The notes: a model not told the origin generated them from the sequence alone. DNA of 64,000 bases from Terriglobia bacterium (GCA_965218585.1 CBDCLE010000003.1:192001-256000), one strand, 5' to 3'; shown: positions 40,416-50,538, numbered from the stretch's first letter. Made by a program: numbers and translations.

Positions 40416-41729
40416 CTAAACACCCACTTCCTCGGTGAAGAACGTGCGGAGGTAGCGCGCTACGAGAACCTCCTCTCCATCACGCATGGAGAGCGTCTCG
40501 ATCCGGTTTCCTCCACGAATACGCGACCAGACCACTCTGCGTTCCGATCTCTGTCCTAGTGTCTGCCGGGCTTCGGCCAAACTGATGGGAATGATTTGCT
40601 CGTCCCACCCGATGCGCACGTAGGGTGGCTCCTCTTCGGGTTCAACGACGACCGCCTCAAATCCGGATATATCTTCGAGTTGGGCTGCAATGTAATCGGC
40701 TTTCGCCTTCCACTCCGATCGCACCCCCGGGTGGTCGAGTCTCTCGTACCGGTTCAGTGCCGCGATCAGACCAATGATCTCTTCCTTGCCAATCTTCATC
40801 CCACGCCCGATATAGACATTGGGCGAGGCCTGTGTCCGGGCCGCCTCGATCAGGTCGGCGCGTCCGGAGAGAATCCCTGTGGACTGCGGACCCTGGAGAC
40901 CCTTCCCGCCGCTGTAGGTCACAAGGTCTGCGCCCAGTTCGTTGTACAGGGTGAGGTTCGCCGGCGGAGGCAGCAGTGAAGCCGCGTCTATCATGACCGG
41001 GACGCCGGCATTCTTGCCGATTTCGATCAGGTCCGGCATGTGCACGGTATCAGGCGTGAATTCGTACATGAGTTCGTGCTCCGGCAAACCGAAGATCATC
41101 GCGGTGTTCTCGCTGATTGCATTCAAGAGTTGATCACGGTTCTCGACCTCCACTAGCGTCGCGCCGGCGGCCCGCATGGCGTGATCGTATGAGTACCGCT
41201 GCGACTTCTGAATGATGACCTCCCGCTTGGCCCACGTCGGATGCGGGAGCGCCTGCATCTTCTCTGTGTCGTTCCCCGTGAGGCAGGCGGCCGTGCCTAG
41301 AAGCAGCCCACCTGTTGCGCCCGAGGTGATCAGCGCGGCTTCCGCCCGTACGACCTCTGCGGCCCGCCGTCCTGCGGCCAGGTTGAGCTCATCCATCTGC
41401 ACGAAGTATCCGTTGGCTTCCTCGATCGCGGCGATGACCTCGTCCGGCATGCGGCAACCTCCGGAATTCGTGGGGTAACTGTGGGCGGGCACATGCGGTT
41501 GGACCCCCAGCAATCGGGTATAGACATTGTCCTGAAGCTTGCGCTCGATCTCTTCAGGCGTGGCCTGGGAACCGACTTGCCCGCCGGGGGCCGCTCCAGT
41601 CTCGCCGGTGTCGGGATCTACGCAACCGCTCGTCAGTCCCACCGCACCAGCGGCAAGAGTCGTCCGGAAGAAATCGCGTCTGTTCCACTTGAGCCCAGAG
41701 AGACTCAACTCGTCGGTTGATTTTTTCAT
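40416..41729 (-). CDS. Tat-lipoprotein SelA-like (DgaE-related) PLP-dependent enzyme, copy 2
   Basis: NRRDFF, TSGC; SGGKGLQGPQSTG; near-identical to copy 1 over long stretches. Confidence 0.85.
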   Translation of the reverse strand: MKKSTDELSLSGLKWNRRDFFRTTLAAGAVGLTSGCVDPDTGETGAAPGGQVGSQATPEEIERKLQDNVYTRLLGVQPHVPAHSYPTNSGGCRMPDEVIAAIEEANGYFVQMDELNLAAGRRAAEVVRAEAALITSGATGGLLLGTAACLTGNDTEKMQALPHPTWAKREVIIQKSQRYSYDHAMRAAGATLVEVENRDQLLNAISENTAMIFGLPEHELMYEFTPDTVHMPDLIEIGKNAGVPVMIDAASLLPPPANLTLYNELGADLVTYSGGKGLQGPQSTGILSGRADLIEAARTQASPNVYIGRGMKIGKEEIIGLIAALNRYERLDHPGVRSEWKAKADYIAAQLEDISGFEAVVVEPEEEPPYVRIGWDEQIIPISLAEARQTLGQRSERRVVWSRIRGGNRIETLSMRDGEEVLVARYLRTFFTEEVGV

Positions 41730-42002
41730 GGTACCTCCCGGTAATCAGCGTAAGGATGCAGATGTGGCAGCTATCTTAGCCGATTCGTGCGGTGCCAACT
41801 AATGGAATTCGATCGATCGGTACGAGCCAGGGAGAACCGTTTCTGCGTTGTTTCCACTATGGTGAACCTAATATTGGAAAGCATCGCCTTTGATTGACCC
41901 CAACGCCTGCCTTTTAATAAGATTCCGACAAATCTCGGCAACCTGGCTGAGGAAGTGAATAGGGTGAGGTCTGGCCGAGGACTGGATTCTCTGGAGGCAT
42001 TC

Positions 42003-44273
42003 ATGCGTCTCATGCAAACGCTGATCGTTCTGACGACGGTTTTGACGACCGCTGCGATTCAAGCGCCCGCCCAAGACAAACCGCTCTTAGGTTTTGGAAT
42101 TGAGGAGGCGATCGAAGAATTCGCGCTCGAAGAGCAATTCGATTCGTATTTAGAGCGCGATAACTTGCGCGACTGGATGAGACAACTGTCGGCTAGACCG
42201 CACCATGTCGGTTCCGAATACGGAAGGGAAAACGCCGAGTTCATCGCCTCTCAATTCGAATCGTGGGGTTACGAAACGACGATCGAGGTGTTTCGCGTCC
42301 TGTTTCCAACACCCAGGACACGACTGCTTGAGATGACCCGGCCGACGCGCTTCCGGGCCACACTGGGGGAACCTCCTCTGGCCCAAGACCGAACGTCCGG
42401 ACAGCAGGATGAACAGCTTCCGACGTACAACGCCTATTCAATCGATGGTGACGTCACGGGCGAAGTTGTCTACGTCAACTATGGCATTCCTGAAGACTAT
42501 GAAGAACTCGACCGCCTCGGCATAGACGTCACGGGCAAGATCGTGCTCGCACGGTACGGTAGCTCCTGGCGCGGCATCAAACCGAAGCTGGCCGCGGAGA
42601 AGGGTGCCATCGGCTGCATCCTGTATTCGGATCCCCGCGACGATGGGTACTTCCAGGGAGATGTTTACCCCGAAGGTGCGTTCAAAAACGACCAGGGCGT
42701 TCAGCGCGGGTCTGTTCAGGATATGCCGCTGTTCCCCGGCGACCCGTTAACGCCAAACATCGGTGCAACCGACAACGCAACCCGATTGGAGATTGAAGAC
42801 GCCCCGACGCTGACGAAGATACCGGTCCTGCCGATTTCCTACAGCGATGCGCGTCCCATATTGGAAGCGCTGGGTGGACCCGTCGCCCCGCCGTCATGGC
42901 GTAGTGCCCTGCCGATCACACATCACTTGGGACCGGGACCTGCCGAGGTCCATCTCGAAGTCGAATTCGACTGGAACCTGGAGCCCGCGTACAACGTGAT
43001 CGCAACGATGGAGGGCAGCGAGCATCCCGATCAGTGGATCATCCGGGGAAATCATCACGATGCCTGGGTCAATGGCGCGCAGGATCCGGTCTCCGGCATG
43101 GTCGCACTGATGGAGGAAGCGCGCGCTCTCAGTGAGTTGAGAAGAGCGGGATGGCAGCCGAAACGTACCGTCATGTATGCCGCATGGGACGCAGAAGAGC
43201 CGGGTCTCATCGGATCGACCGAGTGGACTGAAACCCACATCGATGAACTTCAAGACAAGGTTGCCGTCTATATCAACACCGATGGCTACGGGAGGGGGTT
43301 CCTTCAGGCCGGGGGGTCCCACACTCTGGAAAAGTTTTTCAACCAGGTTGCCCGTGACGTGATCGACCCACAGAAGGGCATCTCAGTCGCGGACCGGCGC
43401 CGGGCATCGCTACTGGTCAACGGCGACCGAGAGGCGCAGAGTGAAGCGTGGGAACGGGATGACCTGCGACTTGCCGCTCTCGGGTCCGGTTCCGATTACA
43501 CGCCGTTTTTACAGCACCTGGGCATCGCCTCGCTAAACATCGGATACGGAGGTGAAAACCAGGGCGGATCTTATCATTCCATCTACGACTCGTTCGATCA
43601 CTACACTCGATTTGGTGATCCGGATTTTGATTACGGCATCGCGCTGGCGCAAACAACAGGCCGAACGGTCCTCCGACTGGCGAACGCGGAACTGCTCCCG
43701 TTCGAGTTTGAGAACCTGACTGACAATGTCGCAGGCTACGTGACGGAAATCACGGAACTGACCGACGATATGCGGGAGGAAACCGAGAGGGAAAACCGCC
43801 TGATTCGGGAAGGACGATACGCAGCCTTTGCAGATCCCACCGAGACCTTCGTCGTCCCACAGCCGAAGGATCCGGTGCCCTACTTGAATTTTGCGCCTCT
43901 CCTCAACTCGACCGGGCGGTTGGAGGAGGTTGCCGCGAATTATGGCCGGGCCCTGGCCTCATTTGAGCAGTCGAATAGTTCCGTATCTTCCGAATTGAGA
44001 CAATTTCTGGACCAACGTCTGTTCCAGACCGAACGATATATGACCAGAGAAGAAGGCTTGCCTGGACGCCCGTGGTACAAACATCAGGTCTATGCACCGG
44101 GCTTCTACACCGGATACGGGGTCAAAACCATACCCGGAGTCCGGGAAGCGATCGAACAGAGGACCTGGGACGAAGCTGAGCAGCAGATTGGGATTGCTTC
44201 GGAGATGTTTGAGCGTCTGGCTGACCAGATCGACCAGGCTGCTAACGAGCTGACCGAGGCTTCACAAGAGTAA
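42003..44273 (+). CDS. M28B glutamate carboxypeptidase II-like protein (PA domain and transferrin-receptor-like dimerisation domain)
   Basis: VYVNYG, YSDP, GNHHDAW, WDAEE, LGSGSDY, YHSIYD, RPWYKH. Confidence 0.92.
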   Translation: MRLMQTLIVLTTVLTTAAIQAPAQDKPLLGFGIEEAIEEFALEEQFDSYLERDNLRDWMRQLSARPHHVGSEYGRENAEFIASQFESWGYETTIEVFRVLFPTPRTRLLEMTRPTRFRATLGEPPLAQDRTSGQQDEQLPTYNAYSIDGDVTGEVVYVNYGIPEDYEELDRLGIDVTGKIVLARYGSSWRGIKPKLAAEKGAIGCILYSDPRDDGYFQGDVYPEGAFKNDQGVQRGSVQDMPLFPGDPLTPNIGATDNATRLEIEDAPTLTKIPVLPISYSDARPILEALGGPVAPPSWRSALPITHHLGPGPAEVHLEVEFDWNLEPAYNVIATMEGSEHPDQWIIRGNHHDAWVNGAQDPVSGMVALMEEARALSELRRAGWQPKRTVMYAAWDAEEPGLIGSTEWTETHIDELQDKVAVYINTDGYGRGFLQAGGSHTLEKFFNQVARDVIDPQKGISVADRRRASLLVNGDREAQSEAWERDDLRLAALGSGSDYTPFLQHLGIASLNIGYGGENQGGSYHSIYDSFDHYTRFGDPDFDYGIALAQTTGRTVLRLANAELLPFEFENLTDNVAGYVTEITELTDDMREETERENRLIREGRYAAFADPTETFVVPQPKDPVPYLNFAPLLNSTGRLEEVAANYGRALASFEQSNSSVSSELRQFLDQRLFQTERYMTREEGLPGRPWYKHQVYAPGFYTGYGVKTIPGVREAIEQRTWDEAEQQIGIASEMFERLADQIDQAANELTEASQE

Positions 44274-44304
44274 GTTCTGATGAGTTTAACCATAGCCTTA
44301 CCTG

Positions 44305-45780
44305 ATGGAGATCCTTATGACGAGCTATCGCCTTACAATGTGTGTCTTACTGGTTCTAAGCGCCCTTCTTGTGGGCTGCAATCCTGACCCGATTCCACCC
44401 GAGCGCCCGAACTTCGTGGTGGTGCTCGTCGACGATATGCGTTGGGATGATTTTGGCGCCGGGGGTAACCCGACCGTTCAGACGCCCAATATCGACCGGC
44501 TGGCCGCCGAGGGCGTGAGGTTTCTCAACTCCTTTACGACGGCTCCCTTGTGCTCGCCCAGTCGGGGTAGCTTCCTTACAGGGTTGTATCCCCACGCCAG
44601 CGGGATCATCGACAACACCGATAGGGCGCTTGTCAGTCATGAGCTCAGCACCTTCCCGCTCCAGCTTCAGGAAGCCGGTTACGATACGGCCTTCGTGGGC
44701 AAGTGGCACATGGGTGACGACGGTAGCCGGAGGCCGGGATTCGATTATTGGGTGAGCCTTTCGGGACAGGGTGCCAACACCGATCCCCTGCTGACCGAGG
44801 ACGAGACGCAGGTAACGGTCGAAGGGCATGTCACGGACATTTTCACCGACCGGGCGATTTCGTTCCTGGAAAGTGAGCGCGGCGATGAGCCGTTTCTGCT
44901 CTATTTTGCGCAGAAGGCCCTGCATCCCGATCCAGCGCTCGGTCTGCTTGAAGGCGGGTTTATCGCGGCCGAACGTCACCAGGGCCTGTATGACGACGCT
45001 CCGATAGCGTGCCCGCCAAGCTGGGGTGTAGGGCCTACCGACAAGCCCGCGCTGATGCGCGAATTCAAAGGACTCGCCCCGCTGGGGTCGGATACCACTA
45101 CCAGTGACATCGCGATCCGCAGACGATGGGAGATGATGACCGGAGTGGATGAAAGCGTCGGCGAACTACTGACTGCCTTGGAGCGTATGGGCGAGATGGA
45201 CAACACGGTGTTCGTAGTGACCAGTGACCATGGATACTTCTACGGGGAGCATGGTCTGGATCCTGAGCGCCGTCTGGCGTATGAAGAGACGGCACGTATT
45301 CCGATGGTCATCCGCTATCCAGCCCTGATCCAGCCTGGCAGCCAGGAGGATCGCCTTGCCATCAGCATCGATCTCGCGCCCACCGTATTGGAATTGGCCG
45401 GCGAGACCCCGGGTGAAGAGCTGCAGGGTGCCTCGTTGGTGCCGCTCTTTGCCGGTGAGGTCAGCGGCTGGCGTTCGACCTTCTTGATCGAGCATCACAC
45501 CGATCCCGAGGCCTACCTCAGGAGTTCACCGGACACGGCGGACCGCCCGGATACGGTCGTCTCGAAATTCGTTCGGATGATGAATATGGGTTATCGGGCG
45601 GTCCGCGGGGAACGCTACAAGTACATTCAATACACCGATCTCGAAGGGATGGACGAGCTCTACGATCTCCAGGCCGATCCCTACGAGATGTCCACTATCA
45701 TCGACTCGCCGGAAGCCAGCGGTGTGCTCGAGGAGATGCAGGCGGAGTTGGCTCGGCTGTTGGAGGAAACAAGCGAATGA
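44305..45780 (+). CDS. Formylglycine-dependent sulfatase (lipoprotein)
   Basis: LVGC lipobox; DDMRWD, CSPSRGSFLTG, GKWH, SDHG. Confidence 0.92.
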   Translation: MEILMTSYRLTMCVLLVLSALLVGCNPDPIPPERPNFVVVLVDDMRWDDFGAGGNPTVQTPNIDRLAAEGVRFLNSFTTAPLCSPSRGSFLTGLYPHASGIIDNTDRALVSHELSTFPLQLQEAGYDTAFVGKWHMGDDGSRRPGFDYWVSLSGQGANTDPLLTEDETQVTVEGHVTDIFTDRAISFLESERGDEPFLLYFAQKALHPDPALGLLEGGFIAAERHQGLYDDAPIACPPSWGVGPTDKPALMREFKGLAPLGSDTTTSDIAIRRRWEMMTGVDESVGELLTALERMGEMDNTVFVVTSDHGYFYGEHGLDPERRLAYEETARIPMVIRYPALIQPGSQEDRLAISIDLAPTVLELAGETPGEELQGASLVPLFAGEVSGWRSTFLIEHHTDPEAYLRSSPDTADRPDTVVSKFVRMMNMGYRAVRGERYKYIQYTDLEGMDELYDLQADPYEMSTIIDSPEASGVLEEMQAELARLLEETSE

Positions 45781-45915
45781 ACTTCGCCGCAGGTTCGGTG
45801 AGGCAATGAATCCCTGGCAACAAACCCTGCGGCAGCTGTCACGGGAAACGAACTCACCGAGTTGCGGTCGCGTTAGAGGGACTTTGGCACGCCGGAGAAC
45901 GTTCGCCCAGTTGAT

Positions 45916-47946
45916 TTACTGGGATTCGGCCTCCGTTTCGTCCACAAGTTCGACTACCCAGAGACCATTGCGCGAGTCCGAAAAGTAGATCAAGCCCTTG
46001 TAGGGCTGAGCGCCCCACACCATACTCTCGTTGCTGACGAATCCATCCGGGTCGTTCGGGCGAAACGCCGCAATTTCCCGACCCTGCCTGTACAGATCGC
46101 CCATCAGTTCGCCCGACAGGTCCACGACACGCAGGCCTCCCTGGTAGAAGGCCGCATACAGGATGTCGTCCTCGATCCACAGGTTGTGAGATCCCGCTTC
46201 CGGGACCTCGAATCGGGCCACTTCGACAGGGTTCTCAAAGTCCGTGAAGTCCACAACATGCATGTAACCCGAGGCCCACATGGGGCGTCCGCCCGGATTC
46301 AGTTCGGGGTCGAAGATCTCGTCTCCCGTGATCACGTAAAACTTGCCTGTCGACTCGCTCCTGAAGGGAAACGCCGCGTGGGTCGCGCCCTGAGGGTCGG
46401 CATAGGAGGCAAACTGTACGGGGTTATCGGGACTCCCTCCGGCGATCCCGTTGCCGACATCCACGAGGACGACGCCGTCCCTCCAGTTCGATGAATAGGC
46501 GATGCCGTCCTCAACCCAAACGTCATGGATCGCGTGACCGAGCGTGTCCAACTCGAAACTGGATACCCGGAACGGTAATTTCGGCTCAGCGATATTGATC
46601 ACGTCGTACCGGCGCCCATTGCTCAACGCGTAGACGTGATTCTCGTAGATGAAGACGTTGTGTACCCCACCGGTCAGTTGCTCGTCGTACTCGGCGAGTA
46701 TCTCCACCTCGGCCGGGTTGGACACGTCCAGAACGACGATTCCATTCCGCCTGTTCGACGCCCCCTCCCGACTGATAATGGCCACTTGGCCATCTTCGGA
46801 GACCTTCACGTCATTGACCCCCCGTGCGTCAACCTGGATAGTATCGATTCTTCGAATGTCGGCCGTGTCGGTGACATCCCAGACGAACGCGCTCCCATCC
46901 GAGCGCAAGGTTCCGGTGATGGCATAGTCTCGGCCATCGGCGCCTTCCCAAATCCACAGATCGGATGTGTTTCGGTCCTGAACCGGTCCGCGACCCGCCA
47001 CGCGAACGCGCTTGCCCACGTCCCGCGGTTCGACTCCCACAGTCGCGGTTGCGAACATTCCGCCGGTGCTCGCAACGACGGTGTATTCGCCGGGAAGTTC
47101 TGCCACGAAGCGTCCGTCATCGGAAACCTGTGCCGAAGCCGGGGCCGCAGGGTTTTCGAAGTCTGGGTGGGCCTGGATCGAGTAGAACACGGGCAAGTCC
47201 TCGACTACATCTCCCTGTGCGTCCCTGGCGACGGCCTCGAACCGAATCACGTCGCCCGTTCTGGCCTCAATCACTTCGGGGGTCAATTCAAGAGAAGAGG
47301 CAGGATTGTCCACGACTCGAACCGGAATCGCTTCGGTAAGCTCACCCACGCTGATCTCGAGCGTCGCAGTTCCCTGGGCCAGAGGCGTTACCCGTCCGAA
47401 GCGATTGATCTGGACGATCTCAGGATCGGTGCTGGCAAACGTCAACTCTTCGTCGGAGCGAAGTGTGTCTGCTGTGTCATAAACGGCAACAGCAGCTCGC
47501 GCCAGACTTCCCGTGTACAGGGTGGAAGAGAGACCACTCACCTCGATGCGATCGAGAGGCGGTTGGGGAATAGTCACACGGACCTCTGCTGTCAGTACCT
47601 CGCCGTCTCCATCCGTTTCGTCCGCGCCACGCGGCACCGTGATCGCGATCACGTATTGTCCTGGACTGTAAGCCTCGACTTCACCTTCGTCCGTCACACC
47701 GACGTTCAAACGAGACCGGCTTAGGTAAATGACCTCGGCTTCAAGAACGTTGCCCGCGTCATCGCTCACCGTCGCCGTGAGATTTGCCTTTTCACCGATC
47801 TCCAGAGTCAAGGAAGGTGGCTGTACCTCGATCGAAGTTGCACGCGCGAGGTCGGGACTCTCGGCGGATTGGCCCGCCACCAACGGCGTCAACGTCAGGC
47901 CGAACGCCGCGGCGAGCAGGGTTGTCTGAAGTCCGAATACTTTCAT
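45916..47946 (-). CDS. Secreted protein with Ig-like (Big_2) domains and LVIVD repeats
   Basis: Signal peptide; FASTDPEIVQIN..GRVTPLAQGTATL; repeated VHNV/IHDV/SHNL and GLRVVDLS units. Confidence 0.8.
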   Translation of the reverse strand: MKVFGLQTTLLAAAFGLTLTPLVAGQSAESPDLARATSIEVQPPSLTLEIGEKANLTATVSDDAGNVLEAEVIYLSRSRLNVGVTDEGEVEAYSPGQYVIAITVPRGADETDGDGEVLTAEVRVTIPQPPLDRIEVSGLSSTLYTGSLARAAVAVYDTADTLRSDEELTFASTDPEIVQINRFGRVTPLAQGTATLEISVGELTEAIPVRVVDNPASSLELTPEVIEARTGDVIRFEAVARDAQGDVVEDLPVFYSIQAHPDFENPAAPASAQVSDDGRFVAELPGEYTVVASTGGMFATATVGVEPRDVGKRVRVAGRGPVQDRNTSDLWIWEGADGRDYAITGTLRSDGSAFVWDVTDTADIRRIDTIQVDARGVNDVKVSEDGQVAIISREGASNRRNGIVVLDVSNPAEVEILAEYDEQLTGGVHNVFIYENHVYALSNGRRYDVINIAEPKLPFRVSSFELDTLGHAIHDVWVEDGIAYSSNWRDGVVLVDVGNGIAGGSPDNPVQFASYADPQGATHAAFPFRSESTGKFYVITGDEIFDPELNPGGRPMWASGYMHVVDFTDFENPVEVARFEVPEAGSHNLWIEDDILYAAFYQGGLRVVDLSGELMGDLYRQGREIAAFRPNDPDGFVSNESMVWGAQPYKGLIYFSDSRNGLWVVELVDETEAESQ

Positions 47947-48013
47947 GAATATTCTCCCCAAAAATAGTCTGTTACACACCTGCGGCTCCAAGCCACGCCA
48001 TGAATAATACGTC

Positions 48014-48029
48014 ATTCGTATTTACGAAT
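48014..48029. promoter_or_regulatory. Palindromic candidate operator in a divergent promoter
   Basis: ATTCGTA-TT-TACGAAT in an AT-rich intergenic region. Confidence 0.45.
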
Positions 48030-48172
48030 TTGAGTATTAAATAGCGGACTCTCCTATTTTCCCGGTAAGTTTGCCAAAACTGATGCTGGAGTTCTTGATT
48101 GAGAATATATAACTTGCCGAATACTCTTCTCGTTGCGGTGCCGAATCTGGCTTTCAGGAGGTTCGAATTTCG

Positions 48173-48805
48173 ATGGGGTTCACAAACGAATCAGTGGGAA
48201 AGTATCTTGAGGGAATGCTTCCGGGGCGGGACGCGGTTCTGACCGATATCGAGGCGCTTGCCGACCGAGATCGCATACTGATCGTGGGCCCCGTAGTCGG
48301 CCGGCTCCTCGAACAGTTGGCGCGAATGATCCATGCCCGGCGTGTTTTTGAACTGGGCTCTGCTGTCGGGTACTCCACAATATGGTGGGCGCGTGGAGTT
48401 GGGCCCGACGGTCAGGTCTACTTCTCCGATTTCAGCCGTGAAAACACCGCCCTTGCCCAGGAATATCTCCAGAGAGCCGAACTCGTCGACCGTGTGACCC
48501 TGTTGACAGGGGATTCCCTCGACCTCCTCGATCAGACCGACGGCGAATTCGACATCGTGTTCAACGACATCGACAAGCACTATTACCCTGAGGTGTACAA
48601 ACGTGCTTCGGATCGTGTCCGGGTAGGCGGGCTACTGGTTTCAGACAACGTTCTCTGGGGCGGCAAGGTCGCAGATCCGAAAGTGGATGATCAAGACACA
48701 GTTGCGATCCGCAACTTCAATCGCCTGGTATACGACGACCCGCGATATCTGACGACGATCCTGCCGATACGGGACGGTGTACTGGTGGGGTGGCGTATCC
48801 AGTAG
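48173..48805 (+). CDS. O-methyltransferase (family 3)
   Basis: ELGSAVGYS, FDIVFNDIDK, GGLLVSDNVLWGG, IRDG. Confidence 0.92.
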   Translation: MGFTNESVGKYLEGMLPGRDAVLTDIEALADRDRILIVGPVVGRLLEQLARMIHARRVFELGSAVGYSTIWWARGVGPDGQVYFSDFSRENTALAQEYLQRAELVDRVTLLTGDSLDLLDQTDGEFDIVFNDIDKHYYPEVYKRASDRVRVGGLLVSDNVLWGGKVADPKVDDQDTVAIRNFNRLVYDDPRYLTTILPIRDGVLVGWRIQ

Positions 48806-48850
48806 TGGTTGAGATTTCTTCACAGGCCCCTCCCGCCTGCCCAAACAGGA

Positions 48851-49890
48851 TCAATCTTCACGATCCCTCCTCGCTTCCTCTGCCCGTTCCTTCCGCGCTT
48901 CTTCCGCTCTCCAGCGAAAGTATTCGCCGACGATCCCGCCGATGACTCCCAGGGTCTGGCGTGTTGTCCGGCCGCGGGCCATTCGATGGGCGCCCTCGGC
49001 CCGCGCGATCTTGCGGTTGAGTCCGGGATGATCGAAATCCAGTGCCTGGGCGTTCTCGTATCGCTCGAGGGCTTCCTTGAACTGACCGCTATCGTAAAAT
49101 GTGTCGCCCGCTCGCACGAGGGAATCTGCGCGAGAGCGCTGATTCTCAATCTGTGTGTCCAGGGCGCGATATTCCGCGGTCCCCAGTCCGAGGTCGCGTG
49201 CTCGGAGAAGGGACTGCCTGGCCTCCACGAGTTGACCGGTAGCGAGCCACCGGCCCACATTCTCTCTCTCTCGCTCTCCAGCTCGGCCAGGCTCTCCTGC
49301 TCGACTTCAAGAGCGGCCCGGACCTGGTGATAGAGAAGACCGGGTTCGTCGGCGGCCCCGGTCTCTTCAAGGATCGCCAGAGAAGCCTCCAAAAGCCCTA
49401 TTCGCTCCGGCCCACTTGCGTGATCGAACAGGAACTCCGCTTCCTTGATCTTGGTCTCGCGCCAGGCAAGAAACTCCTTCCAGCCGCGCTCGATGTCCTC
49501 GGTCCGTGTCCCAACCAGCACCCAGGCGAACCCGTCTTCGAAACCGCTACGGATGGAACTGGGCTGAAGGATGCCCGCGGCACGAAGCTGGAACGTGCTT
49601 TCCATGGTCCGTCTCGAGGAACGGGCGTCGACAACCGTCGTCGAGTCTTGGACAACCCTTGAGACAATTACCGGCCCACGCGAAAGAAGATCGTCGACCG
49701 CCTTCAGATATGCTCCCTGGCGCGCGTTGTCGGGACCGCTCCCACCCGGACTGTTCCGAATTCGCTCGACACCGTATCCCCAGGCCAATCTCGGGGGCGC
49801 GGCGATGGGCGGATTCAGCTGGATCGGGCGTACGCTCGTGCAGGACGGAATCCACACAGAAATTGCGATCAAAAGGATTGCCCGGCGCAT
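48851..49890 (-). pseudogene. LPP20-like lipoprotein with C-terminal TPR region, frameshifted at a (GA)6 tract
   Basis: IPSC lipobox-like leader; ARQGAYLKAVDDL. Removing one GA unit at 49261-49272 fuses it to the TPR-like ORF 48851..49258 (GDTFYDSGQFKEALERYENAQALD). Confidence 0.7.
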
Positions 49891-49917
49891 GTTCCCTCGC
49901 TTCTCTTCCCGCTGCCC

Positions 49918-50538
49918 CTAATTCCGGTCCGCAATGTTTTCGGCGCGGGCCCGTCTCAATTGCTGTTCGTGAAACAGCGTCAGGCTCTGAACGTCTGCGT
50001 TGACGGCTCCGTGACCGGAAAGCTGGTCGCTGAGTCGCTCCTTGATCGGACCCTCGATCAGTTCCTGGCTGAGCGTAGACAGGCTGTCCATCAAGTATTC
50101 GTCAACCTCGCTCTTGGCCATGTAGACTCGACAGTAGACAGTGCCGGTGTCCTGGCCAATCCGGTATTCGATGAACTTCTTGCCGGCCAGCGGCACGCTG
50201 GTAGAGAGATTGCGCACTGCCGTAAACGCGGAAGCGTTCTCTCGACTGCTGATCACCTCGTTAACGTTTGAAGTCACCGTGTCGAAGATATTGGAACCCA
50301 GATCGGCCATCGCCTGGGTGCGGGCCATCTCCTGGGCAATCCGAAGGTCTCGATGCTTAGCCAGGCCCAGGCCCTCGTAGGCGGCAACCGGAATCGGTTC
50401 AAAAGGATATAGAACCGACGTCGGCTCCAGTGCCGGGTTGGTGGCAAGGTTGGTATTCCGGCCGCATGCCGTGGGGCCGAGCGCGGCCAGGGCGCCCAGC
50501 AATAGAACCGTACCGGGGGAAAAGATACTCAGTCTCAT
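49918..50538 (-). CDS. LPP20-like lipoprotein
   Basis: PTAC lipobox; GLG....D..IAQEMARTQAMADL; TVYCRVYM. Confidence 0.7.
   Translation of the reverse strand: MRLSIFSPGTVLLLGALAALGPTACGRNTNLATNPALEPTSVLYPFEPIPVAAYEGLGLAKHRDLRIAQEMARTQAMADLGSNIFDTVTSNVNEVISSRENASAFTAVRNLSTSVPLAGKKFIEYRIGQDTGTVYCRVYMAKSEVDEYLMDSLSTLSQELIEGPIKERLSDQLSGHGAVNADVQSLTLFHEQQLRRARAENIADRN

Noticed and set aside
39028-41729. Annotation as selenocysteine synthase selA
   Set aside because: Tat-lipoprotein signals, tandem duplication and the absence of selB/selC/selD nearby do not fit tRNA-dependent SelA.
48820-49258. C-terminal third of the 356-aa ORF as real coding sequence
   Set aside because: It is Arg/Pro/Ser-rich off-frame sequence; the overlapping TPR-like frame is the plausible one.
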